DNA from: the human T2T-CHM13v2.0 reference genome, Homo sapiens
NCBI RefSeq assembly: GCF_009914755.1
Contig: NC_060937.1
Reading direction: 5' to 3' (one strand)
DNA length: 64,000 bases
The notes under the pieces were generated by a model, which was given only the letters and a program-made list of their open reading frames with translations, did no database searches and was not told the DNA's origin. Each line of letters opens with the position of its first letter. Position 1 is the first letter of the stretch. Below, piece by piece: positions 1 to 13,057 of this stretch. The position numbers and the translations under genes were made by a program.

Positions 1-822
1 TGCTGCCATTACCCGTAGGCAGCTCTTAACTCCAGGCAGTGATAGGTGGGCTTCAGTGTCAGCCTTAACACTTTGGGAGCTCCATGGGAGAAGTTTTCAG
101 GTTGTTTAGAATGTGTGCAATTAACTATTGAAATAGAGTGGTTGAAGAGCCTCCAGGATATCCAGTCCTAGAGCTATGAAGACACAAGGGCCATTCGTGA
201 GCTGTGCCACGAGTGCATGGCGGCTTTTGTTGTATTGTTATGTTGCTTACCTGTATTTTATAAACATGTCTTTGAGTACTCAGTAGTTAGTAAAGACGGT
301 TTCTGAGGGAAACAGACCAGTGTGAATGGAAAGCCATAACTCTGGTTCTCTCCTGTACCCTTGAGGTTGACGTACAGCAGCTCGGCTCAGAGCAGGATTC
401 TTTATGGCAGAAACATTACTTACTAGTGGCTTACCTAAAGTTACTTGTTGTTAAGCAGTCTCTATTTAGCAACCCCTTCTCTATTTAGAAGGGGTGAGGG
501 CACACACAAGCTTGAACTGTAAAAGGGTGTGGATTGTCAGGGGTGCAAACCCATATGGGGCAGCTGAGAAGACCAGGGCATTGGGCACCTGCTGGGCCCT
601 GAGCCGTTCCCTACCCACCGGGGTGCCGACTCTCTGGTCTTCTCCCTGTTCCCTCCTGCTGGGAGCACAGGGCTTCCTTCCATGCTTACCTGAATGCTGC
701 ATCTCCCTTCGAGCTTCCTTGGTGCCTGACTAAGCTCTTCTTGTTACTCACACTTCTGTTGTTTGGATCTCGGCTTCTCCTGAACAACAAGCAACAAAAT
801 ACACTCTCTCTCTGTCTTTATT

Positions 823-1161
<339 letters not shown>

Positions 1162-1821
1162 TCTCTCTGTCTTTATTATCTGCCTTGGTTGTTTCTGGAT
1201 TCTTCTCACGCCCTTGTTCCCTAGCTATATGATCTCTTCTGGGGGAGCCAAAAGTTACCCTTTGTTTCCTTAATAGCCAACCATCATTTCGTGCATGCAC
1301 AGAAGCCTTTGTGTGGTTATACATTAGGCATGTCACCCATTCAGCATTGGAATGTGCATGCCCATTTTCCATGCCATGGGAAAATGTCATCACAGCACAG
1401 CCCAGCTGTTGGGTACCTCAAGGTAGCAGTGCTTGGCCAATTCTGAGTTCTCACCTGGCCAGCAGGGACAGGATAGTCATAGGGCAACTGCTGTGTGCCA
1501 GGCTCCAAGCCAGGCTACCCAGGGGCGCAGGGGTCTAGGCTAAAGCTGACTCTTTTAGATGAGAATCGAAACAGGGTCCATGCCCCTGACACAAAATCTT
1601 TAACTGCACCTGCAGCTCTGGAGACGGTCATCTCAAAGGGTCCTAATGAGAAGAGGAAGAGGGAAGGGATTGTACCAGGAGGAAATTTCTATGGCAAACC
1701 ACAACAGTTCTGGGTTTCAGCAGCTAAATATCTTCCTGCAGGGAGTGGAGAGTGAATCATTATTTTGTCCTCTCTGCCTCTGAACTCCTGTGGAGAGACA
1801 GACTTAAAAAAGGAAACTTCT

Positions 1822-2208
<387 letters not shown>

Positions 2209-3848
2209 CTAGATATGGGTGTTAGCTAAAGAGTTAGGACTAAAGGAATTAGAAAAAGGAGTTCATTGAAATAGATAAAAGAAGAGAGAGCTATATATTT
2301 TTTTCTTTTTCTGATGGAGAAATCAGAAAAGTTCAGTGGAAAAAAAAAAAACAGGGAAGTCAAGAGAGCCACAAAATTGAAGAAAAAAAATTATAGTTGT
2401 AAATACCTTCTACAGATTTTCAAAGACACTTTTAAGAAAATGTCCTGATGGCATGATGAGGAGTCAGAGCCAAAGACAATTAATAAGAAAATTAAGAAGC
2501 AAAGACTTCTTGAAAGACGTGGGCAGGCAGCTTAGTACATTCCGAGATGGGAAAGCTGGGTCCAGAAGTCCACACCTCACTCTTCGGTAGTTGATTTTCT
2601 TCCTTTAAGGGCATTTTTCACCAAGAGCATTTGCAGATTTTGGTTTTTTCAAAATAAAAATTAGTTGACATGACAGAAAGTCCATTTCCTTGTCTTAAGT
2701 AAAACAAAGCAAAAATTCTTTTAAAAAAACCATTACAATTTAGTTTTGTCCAGAAAAACTTATTTTGCGACCCTTTCTTCATTGCTGGAGGCCTCTTTGG
2801 GGGCTCTGTGCCCATTATTTTGGCAGTCCCTGGTGTCATTCTTGCTCCTGCTCTCTGCGCCACTTCTGGGTGTGAATGGGCGTCTCTGAAGACAGCAGGG
2901 TCTGCTTGGTGGGCAGTGTCTGGGGACTTCACAGGAGCTGGGATGAATTGTGTTTGGTAAATAGACAATAGAATCTGCTTTCAAGGCTTTCCCATGGCTG
3001 CGCAGGAGGATTCTAATTCATTCCAGCTGTGATGGAGTGGCCCTGTCTGTGCTGTAAGTTGCCACGGGAAAGCGGAAAATATAGCTCATTAGCTGGATGG
3101 TTGGTCTCCATGGCCCCGCATTATTAACGCTGAGCAAAACCTGAATGGGAAGCTTGCAGATACTGGACATGCTCTGTGCTAGCCTGTGTGTAGATTAAAA
3201 CTGTAGTTTCTGCTTTTCCGGTGCCTACAGTTTTAGCGGGCTTGGGAGCGGGGCCCTCCTGGGGAGAACATTTTAGCTTGACGTGACTGTGGTGGACGGA
3301 AAGCACCAGAAAGGAAGATCTGTTGGTGAGGCGAATGCCATACTGGCATTTCCGTAACTCACCACTTCAGGTGCCTGTCCTCTCCTGTCCTTTCCCGAAC
3401 AGCATAAAAGATGAAGACTCAGAGCAAATAGTCACTGTTGAAAATGGTTAGTGATTTTTAAAGTACTTTATGTAGCAAGAGTGGTTATATGAGAATCAGA
3501 GCCATAATAAAGACTGTTCTTTCTGTATTAATGAAAGTCACCCATTGTCACCGTGACTAAAACTTACTTATTTGTGGCATTTACTGTCATTCATTGTAAT
3601 TTCTGGGAAATGAGTGAAAACATTTTTATTCCAAAGAATTCTGAATTGCACTGGGTCAGCTCCCTTAATCTATGGCAGACTGTAGTCTATTCACAAGGGA
3701 ACAAGAAAAAGGGAAACAGTGGCTAATGACGTAAATGTCACTTTGTCTAGAGCATTCGTATACGAAGAAGCGCCCCAGTGGATTATTTTGCCAGTCCTCA
3801 TTTGTAAGGTGCATGTTATGTGATTAAAATTAACCTCCCATCTTGCAG

Positions 3849-3978
3849 TGATTACAGCAACATAAAGGCAGCATATGAGGCCATGAAGAATGTGGCCTGT
3901 CTGATCAACGAGCGCAAGCGCAAGCTGGAGAGCATCGACAAGATAGCTCGCTGGCAGGTGTCTATCGTGGGCTGGGAG
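3849..3978 (+). CDS. SPATA13: SPATA13 (Asef2) internal coding exon, end of DH domain ([43 protein letters not shown])
   Basis: ttgcag acceptor and GAG|gtaagt donor. The DH C-terminal helix motif (INERKR) is typical of the Asef/collybistin family. The frame joins the next exon in phase 0. Confidence 0.93.
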
Positions 3979-4438
3979 GTAAGTGGAAAGCACCCCGCAT
4001 GATCCCATGCCACTCGCCCCTCCCGCACCTTTGATCTGGTGCAGATGCACTTTAATATCCTGTGGTCAATATCTTATATTCTTGGCTTTAATGGTACATA
4101 TACCATTAATGGTAAATGTATTTCGAGGCATACTGTTGAATTTAACAGTCGACTACTTTATACCCCACTCCCATAAGAAATAAAATCTGAAGAGTATCTG
4201 CAGTTAATTTATTGCTGAGCCTCTCTCTCTCCTCGTAGAGGGAGTACCGTGGGAACAGTAGAGGGCATTTCAGTTGCAGCCACATAACATGGTAGTAGAA
4301 GTATGGGGGACTCTGGAGTCCCTGCCCACATGTGAATCCTGTATGATCTGGCCAAGATTAATTTTTTTATCTTATAAATTGGGGAGGAAAATATTACCTA
4401 CCTCATAGGCTACCGTGAGCATTTTATAAAACAGTACA

Positions 4439-4733
4439 GGCCAGGCACAGTGGCTCACACCTGTAATCCCAGCACTTTGGGAGGCCAAAGTGTGAGAATC
4501 GCTTGAGCCCAGGAGTTTGAGACTAGCCTGGGCAACATGGCAAGACCCCATCTCTACAAAAAGTAAAAAAAATCAGCCAGGCATGGTGGCATACACATGT
4601 ATTCCTGGCTACTCGGGAGGCTGAGTTGAAAGGATCACTTGAGCCTAGGAGGTTGAGGCTGCAGTGAGCCGTGATCGTGCCCCTGCACTCTAGTCTGGGT
4701 GACAGAGCAAGACTCCGTCTCAAAAAAAAAAGG
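4439..4733 (+). mobile_element. AluJ element
   Basis: Diverged dimeric Alu with A tail. Confidence 0.85.
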
Positions 4734-4859
4734 AAAGACCACAAATACAATGCCTGTAATAATGGTCCAACAAATTCTCACTCTCTCTCTCTCTCTCTCT
4801 CTCTGTATTCATAAAAACAGTGACAATAGCACCTGTATGTGTTTACCACATGTCTGAAT

Positions 4860-5090
4860 GGCACTGATCTGAGCCATTTGTACATATATGAACTCATTTA
4901 ATCCTCTACACCATCCTATGAAGTAAGCACTATTATTATACCCCTTTAACAGATGGGAAAACTGAAGCACAGAAAGGTTAAATAACTTGCCCAAGACCAC
5001 ACAGCTCAAAAGTAGCAGAGCTGGATTCAAACCCAAGCAGGCACCCTGGCTTCAAAGTCCGTGCTGGTGATCACTGTGCTCTACCGCCAT
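4860..5090 (+). mobile_element. MIR SINE
   Basis: MIR core-like ttaacagatgggaaaactgaagcacagaaaggttaaataacttgcccaag. Strand and ends are approximate. Confidence 0.65.
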
Positions 5091-6109
5091 TAAATTAAGA
5101 ACAACAAGCAGATGCCATTCAGATTGTTTTTAGACCAAGCTACATTGATTTTACATCTATTAATTGGTCAGAACTCACTCTCCCAGAGGACTGAGAAAGT
5201 TTGGAGCAAGAAGTTAGGTTTTTAACTGAAATAGGCTATAGGTGGTGAAAATTGGAGAGAAACACATACATTTCAAGGGCCTTATAGACTTCTGGAGTTT
5301 GGGCAGGATCTCTGAGAACACTGAGTCCAACTCTTTTATTTCATCAGTGAAGAATCTAGGGCACGGAATTGCTCTGAGCAAGTAAATAGAAGAACTATTT
5401 TGGAGTCAGGCTCTTTTGCCTCCAAAAAATATTGTGTGTGACTGGGATTAAGGGAGAATCAAATCTTATTTAACAAAGGCCATTGTCATACCAAATACCA
5501 TAAAGTAACATTGGATTAGATTCAACCTAAATATAATAAAAGTGTGTTTTTCTTTTTGATTTTGGACGCTGACATTTAGGGGATAATTTGTCAGAAGTTA
5601 ATTTCTTGCTGACAATTTATCGTCTGGCCTTTTGTTTCTATGACCCTGAACAAGTTGCAATTCCAGGGAGCTGCCATATACTCAACGCAAATAATGTCAG
5701 GTCCATAATCACGATACTGTGTCCCCTGCATGAATGCTTTCTCCCATGTAAGCCTGCGTGCTCTCACTCTTGGAGGCTCCGTTTGGGTCAGCTGCTGTTT
5801 CAGATCTTGACTGGGTTCCATTAATTCAGCATGCCTCTTACCAGAGGCTTCAGGCTAGGAAGACCCCTCAGCTAACACAGAGGCACTGTCACATTTTTCT
5901 AGTAAGCAGGAAAAAAAAAAGAAAAGGAAGAAATTTCAGGCACCAGGAGACCAATAAATCCAGGTTTATTACAAATAACCTTTGAGGCCCTGCCCACCTG
6001 TGAATGGGGACAGGTGGTAGGCAGCCTCAGGTACCTAGAAAGTCTGAGAAAGATTCTATGTTAGGAGTCTCTTCCATATCCTAACACCTGAAGGAATCCA
6101 AATTGGGAG

Positions 6110-6420
6110 TTTGTTTTTGTTGTTGTTGTTGTTTGTTTGTTTGTTGTTGTTGTTGTTTAGAGAGAAGGGTCTTGCTCTGCCCCTCAGGCTGGAGTGTACT
6201 GGCGTGATCACCATTCACTACAGCCTCAAACTCCTGGGCTCAGGGGATCCTCCCGCTTCAGCCTCCTAAGTAGCTAGGACTACAGGTGTGTGCCACCATG
6301 CCTGGCTAATTTTTAAAATTTTATGTGGAGATGGGGTCTTGCTGTGTTGCCCAGGCTGGTCTCAAACTCTTGGCCTCAACGATCCTCCCACCTTGGCTTC
6401 TTAAGTAGCTAGGACTACAG
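6110..6420 (-). mobile_element. AluJ element with (TTG)n tail
   Basis: Reverse Alu ending ~45 nt upstream of the SPATA13 exon acceptor. Confidence 0.85.
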
Positions 6421-6466
6421 CTGTGGTAGAATTGGAAGGTCTTAAGATGTGTTTTCATCCTTCCAG

Positions 6467-6839
6467 GGACTGGATATCTTAGACCGAAGCTCAGAATTGA
6501 TTCATTCTGGGGAGCTGACCAAAATCACTAAGCAAGGCAAAAGCCAGCAGCGGACGTTCTTCCTGTTTGACCACCAGCTGGTGTCCTGCAAGAAGGACCT
6601 GCTGCGCAGGGACATGCTGTACTACAAGGGCCGGCTGGACATGGATGAGATGGAGCTTGTGGACCTGGGGGATGGGCGCGACAAGGACTGCAACCTCAGC
6701 GTGAAAAATGCCTTCAAGCTCGTCAGTAGGACCACAGACGAGGTTTATTTGTTTTGTGCCAAAAAACAAGAAGACAAGGCGAGGTGGCTGCAGGCCTGTG
6801 CAGATGAAAGGAGGCGGGTGCAAGAGGACAAGGAGATGG
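6467..6839 (+). CDS. SPATA13: SPATA13 coding exon, PH domain ([17 protein letters not shown]...[18 protein letters not shown])
   Basis: ttccag acceptor and G|gtgag donor. PH-domain features (FFLFD, C-terminal Trp helix). 373 nt, ends in phase 1. Confidence 0.95.
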
Positions 6840-7039
6840 GTGAGCAGCCCTTGGCTCTGCAGGCACCTGTGCCTCTGCTTGCTGTAATAGCTTCATTCTC
6901 CACTCCCATGGGCCTGCTCTGCCCAGCCTTCTCCCTCAGAGCTGAATCCCACCATGGGGAAAGGACAAGGGATCTGCAAACCCTAAATACTTCTGAATGT
7001 ACTTACAAGACAGACCATGTCAGATGTAGTTACTACCGG

Positions 7040-7230
7040 CAACATTTATTCAGTATTTACCTTGTGCCAGACATTCTGTGGCCCATTTATAGAGATTGTC
7101 TCATTGAATCCCTATGAAGTGGTTGCTGTTATTATACCCAATTTACAGATGAGAAAATTGAGGCTTATGGAACTGGCCCACTCTTGCACTGTGGCCACAT
7201 AACATTTAAATCCAGCACTTTGGATGCCAC
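7040..7230 (+). mobile_element. MIR SINE
   Basis: atttacagatgagaaaattgaggct core. Ends are approximate. Confidence 0.6.
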
Positions 7231-9504
7231 ATGCAGGGTATGAAGAATAAATAATAAAACCAGTTCAGTGTGACCCCAGAGATGGAACCCCACTATGGTG
7301 ACCATCACCCAGGCTATCAGAAGTATCACGTGATTCTGGAGGCCTCCCCTTTGGCTGTGCCTGTGCAATACCTTCAGTGTTCTTCACTGCCACAGTTGAT
7401 CCACACCCAGCAGCCTGCCCTCATGCTTCCCATCTCTCCCTATGAAACTCAGGATGCCGCATCGTCCATTGCAGTTAAGGCGATGGTACTTCACACCCAG
7501 TGTTACATTTGTACTTCTTTGGTTTGTCTTCCCAGCTTCTGCTGACCTGGAGGTGCAGTGTGGCCCCTGAGACTGAAGCTGCCATGCCTGGCATTAATGA
7601 TGGCAGCACCCACAGTCTCTGAGCCTCTATTTCATTGCCTCCCAAGCTCTTTAGGGTTTTGAGCACAATCTGTTGAATGGAAGTCAGGGAGCCACAGTGA
7701 AGGATATTCATCTCTGCAGCCCAAGTGAGCCCAGCCCTCAAAAGTCATGGTCCAGGACGGAGGGGAGCCAGCATACGCCCCTCCCCATCCTTGCCCACTG
7801 CCATGAGGACAGCAGGACTAAAAACCAGGAGGTGCTTTTTCTGTCCTCCCCAGCCACTGGCTCTAAGCTTGGCTACAGAATTTGGTCTCACCCACAGGAG
7901 GTTTTGTGAGATTCTGCAGTAGAGTTGGAGGGATTTACAAGTTGGTCAGGCTAAAACGGAAGCAGGGATCGACTTGGAAACACTCAATGGGTAGACATTG
8001 GCCTGGACTTGGGCCACTCCAAGATACAGAGCTCCCCACATCACAGGCAGCCCCTTACACCAAGTGTCAGGGTGTCCTTTACACTAAGAGGAAATCTGAT
8101 TCCCAGCAACAGCCATAGATTATTGGTGCAGACTCTGGGGCCCCATTGGAATAGGGCTAATCACTCGTGCCCAGAATTCATTTGAAGATGACAGTTACTA
8201 AAATGCAAAATGACAGAGCCACAAAATCTTAGTTTTAGTCGTCATATGACGTTGTCTAGCGCAGGCCCTGAAGTCATCTGTAAGTCAGAGTGTTTGGATT
8301 CCCGAAGACGGCACTATTTAGTGGGGGCATCCTATGTGCTTTCAACAGTGTCTCTCAATAGGAAGGAAAGGAGGGGCCCGATGTGGTGCCCTTTGCCATG
8401 TAATGCTCCCTGTGGCCAGTGCTCAGAGATGCAAGTGCATGACTGAGGCACTCCTGAGCCAGTAAGTCTGTGAACTGGCACGTGTGGGATAAAACTGGAT
8501 GCATTCCTTGCCTCGAATATTTTGGCAGCCCTCGTACTTGATGCATGTGTGTGGGTAGAAGCTTCAGGTAGCAGATCAGAGAGAATGGACACGGAGGGCC
8601 TTGGAGGCAGGGACAGCCCGGTGGCCAGCGTACAGAGCCTGAGCCTGACGTCAGGACAGTCTGGGACAGATGTTGGGCATGTGAAGGAATCAGGGCCAGG
8701 GGAGCAGAGTGGGCAGAGGTAGAGAGGGAGCCTCGGGAGCGAGCCAGGCAGTGCAAGCTAGCAGACACAGGGCCTGGGTCAGCTCTGCCAAGCTGGAGCG
8801 AGTACCTGCCTACAGGAGGAAGGCTTCCCGCGGGAGAAGGCAGGGCCCCAGCACCCAGCCCTGGCCATTCAGCTCTGTCCTTCCTTCTCCTTCCCCACAC
8901 CCTGTGAAGCCAAGGGTTGCCTCATCTTGTCTTTCCAGTGACTCTTGTTTCACCCAGTTCACACACTGCACACGTACACTGTCACTGTGCTACTGGACTT
9001 TACAGTGAGGGAATGCTCAGGGCACACACTACACACAGCTGGGGTACAGAATCCGCTACCTGCTACTCACGTGGTACCTTTGTTCAGGGTGGAACTGCTA
9101 ACGTGCAAAGCTCTCATAGCGTATGGGTGAACACGCCCTGGGACCCTTTGCTCTGTCCTCTCCTTCTGGGGCCTCATCCTTTAGGTTATAATTGGGATGA
9201 CCCTGTGGGAATATTTGCCCGGGAGCGTCGGGCTTCACACAGACATTCTGCATTCTCATGAGCACCACCCCATTTCACTCTCCAAACTGTCCGGGTTTGC
9301 AGGACAATCACATGGCCACCTTGGCGATAATCCTTGTGACTTCCCCTTTTCTGATCTTCAACCTGTCCACGTTCTTTGAGGATTAAGGTTCTCTGTCTCA
9401 GGTTGTGGTGATAACCTCAATGCTGATATGGGCTGTGATACAAGTTTTGCTCTGAAACATGTCCACGTGTTCTGAATATATATCACATTTATTTCTAAAT
9501 GCAG

Positions 9505-9579
9505 GAATGGAAATTTCAGAAAACCAGAAGAAACTTGCCATGTTAAATGCTCAAAAGGCAGGACATGGAAAGTCAAAAG
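9505..9579 (+). CDS. SPATA13: SPATA13 penultimate coding exon (GMEISENQKKLAMLNAQKAGHGKSK)
   Basis: gcag acceptor and AAAG|gtaagt donor. 75 nt, phase 1 to phase 1, in frame with its neighbours. Confidence 0.92.
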
Positions 9580-11395
9580 GTAAGTTATGGAGAAGGCTTT
9601 GTCCCCTTAATGCTTATCAGTATTCTCCTGAAAATGGGAGCATACCCCAAGTTGTCAGCCTGTGACCAGCTTGGAGCAAGGAGAACAGTAGAAGTTAGAA
9701 CTCAAGGGCAGGTCCAGAACAGGGGCCAGGTGAAGGTGGCCTGTGTTTGGTTTTGAATGTGCGTCAGTGTTTGCTTCCATTGGAATGTGGGCATAGGAAA
9801 CCTTCAGAGGGGCTGCTGGAGGGTGGTGGACCTCCTTGCCTGCCTGGGGCCCCTCTGCTCCCCTCCCCCAAGTGCTGATGGTGTTAGCCACCAGGTCACG
9901 CACATCCCCAGTCTGAGGCAAACCAAGGACTCTTGCATCTTTTAGGCATGAGAGGACAAAATCTCAAACCCCAAACTGCTTGTCAGCTGTAGGCTGGATA
10001 TAGTCTAGTTTAAGTAAGAAAAAGATGTAAAGGTTCGGTACATCAGGCAAGGAGTTAGACAAAAAAAGACACGTGAGCTGATTTAGGGCGGTGATTCCCT
10101 AATCTCCATGCACATTAGAATTCCCTGGGGAAGCTGTTCAAAAATGCTGATGCCCAGGCCGCATACCCAGGGGCTCTGATGCACTAAGATTTGTCCACAC
10201 AAATCTGGCCCAACAGGATGCAGATAATCTGGCCCAACAGGAATTCAGTAATAAGGATTTTTCCCCAAAAAATATGCACTGTATTCTTAGAAACTTTATT
10301 CCCGTCATCTTTCTACTTTAAAAGGCATTTACCCCATGAAATGTATCTCTTTTGGTATTTTCCTGACTGCAAATGCAAAAACAAGGACCAACGAATCCCA
10401 GGACTGCAATAGACCACTGACCTTTAGTCAGTGAAGAACTGATTCCCCAAACCACACTTAACACTCCCCTGCTTTCTCCATGCAAATGCAGAATTTCTTT
10501 TCCCCACTAAGTTACAAATATCTTTAAGGCAGAAAAACCCATGTTATTAATTTTTTTAAATCTCCACTTCTAATGTCAGATGACTAGTAAATCAATTTGT
10601 TAGAATACATTGTTTTCTGTCCATATCTTCTGCGAGTCACTCGCCCAGCAGCCAGGCTTCTCAAGAACGGAAGGACTGCTGACGTTCACAGGTGGCCACC
10701 GGGTGGGACGCTGTGCCTGGGTTATCTGATTTCTTCCTTCCTGCCACCTCGGGAGATAGGGAGAGCCTTCTGGCAGGCCAGGGGCAGGGACGGGTTCTGA
10801 GCCAAGGCCTTCCTGCTTTCAGGGCCCACCCTCTTCGTGCCATGCTGACTTACACAGTTACGTTTTAATCTAATCGCTAATTTTAATAAACCTTCTAAAT
10901 TACCTCTGCACAGATTAAAAATACCTATGCCGGTGAAGTTTTGATTAGAGTGATTAGATATTGAGGGCACAGTTCTAAGCACTTTACTTCTATTGATTCA
11001 TTTAATTCTCATAGCAACCCCATAGGTACTGTAATTCCCGTTTTAGGGATTGGGGAACCAAGGCGTAGAGAAATCATATCATTTCCCCAGTAATCCCAGC
11101 TGATAAATGGCACAGAAGAATTTGGGCCAAGGCAGCATGAGCTCCAGACTTCCATTTAGAGCATTTTATTGCTACTCACCTTGACTGTCAGTCTGGCTCA
11201 GATTCTGCCACTTCCCGCTGCACGTCCTGGCATTCAGTTTCTTTCCCTGTCAAGTTGTTGTCATAATACCCTCCTTGGAGGCTTTTTGGGAGAGTTCAGT
11301 GAGAGAGACTGTGTCACGCTCCACACGGAGTACCTGAACATAACAAGTGTAGCTACTGGACCTTCTTTTTGGTTAACGTGAATTAAGAATTAGCT

Positions 11396-11586
<191 letters not shown>

Positions 11587-11691
11587 TTAGCTGAGAACTT
11601 GGACTTGGAGTCTCAGCATTTTTATTTTTTTCCTTTCTGGTTAACAAGCGACCCTCAGTCCCTGTTCCATCTCTCTCCCCTCCCGAGTCAG

Positions 11692-11867
11692 GCTACAACA
11701 GGTGCCCCGTGGCCCCACCGCACCAGGGCCTGCACCCCATCCACCAGCGCCACATCACTATGCCCACAAGCGTCCCCCAGCAGCAGGTCTTTGGCCTGGC
11801 GGAACCCAAGAGGAAGTCCTCGCTCTTCTGGCACACCTTCAACAGGCTCACCCCCTTCCGGAAATGA
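11692..11867 (+). CDS. SPATA13: SPATA13 terminal coding exon ([21 protein letters not shown]...[16 protein letters not shown])
   Basis: Pyrimidine tract plus cag acceptor and phase-1 continuation. TGA at 11865-11867. The C-terminal RLTPFRK motif is characteristic of the Asef/collybistin family. Confidence 0.93.
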
Positions 11868-12701
11868 AAACAGGAGGCTGTGCTTCCATGGAGCTGGGTG
11901 TCAAGAGAAGAACTGTCTTTGTTTCTTGTGTGCTTCAATCCAGGGAAAGTTTCTTGGACCCAGTGATAAAAACTTCCTTTTAGGGATCAATGAAGGAGAG
12001 AAGGTCTTGGAATCACCTTCAGTCTTTGGAGACCCAGCTGCCTTTGTGGAAGGGAGGAGACGGTCATGACACAAAGCTTTATCCTACACAGAAACACCCG
12101 TGACCCGCTATGAGATGGCCCAGATGTGGGACCCAGTACCATGCTCTAAAGCGAGTGATTAGGCAGCAGCTGAAGCCACCCCTGCTGATGATGAGCAAGT
12201 GCCTGCTGCAGGTCCAAACACAGCATCCAGGGCTTTGCAGTTCCTAAGGAGTGATGAGGTTAGGGGATCACTTCTGCATTTGATTTTCAAGGATGCCGTC
12301 AAGACGGGGTTGACACAATGCTGCACGTGTCTGGTCACACTTAGAAATTGAGCTCTTACTCTCTTCTGTAATACTGGGGGACCTACAGCTGCCGTGGAGC
12401 TGACCACGGTGTTCCCTGGCATCGTCTGTGTCCACACAGATGCTAACTGGTAGTGCAAATGTCATCCTGCAAGGTTCCTCTTCCTGCAAGCAAAGTGGAG
12501 AGAAACAAGATGCATCTGTCACCTTCATCAGGGTCCTCAGTGCAGAGCAACTTACGCATCCTCAAGAATCCACTGCTTTTCAGGCAAGGAGGGAGAAATC
12601 CTGCTGCACACTGGCTTTGTCCCGGAGTCGGATTCCCTCCTGCCTGCACGCCTTCAGTAACTCCGAGCAGAAATCACATCTTGCCCACATGCTGTAACCT
12701 A

Positions 12702-13057
<356 letters not shown>

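Noticed and set aside
6840-7117. ORF track extends the PH exon by ~90 codons
   Set aside because: The extension runs past a good donor into intron/MIR sequence with no recognisable protein features.
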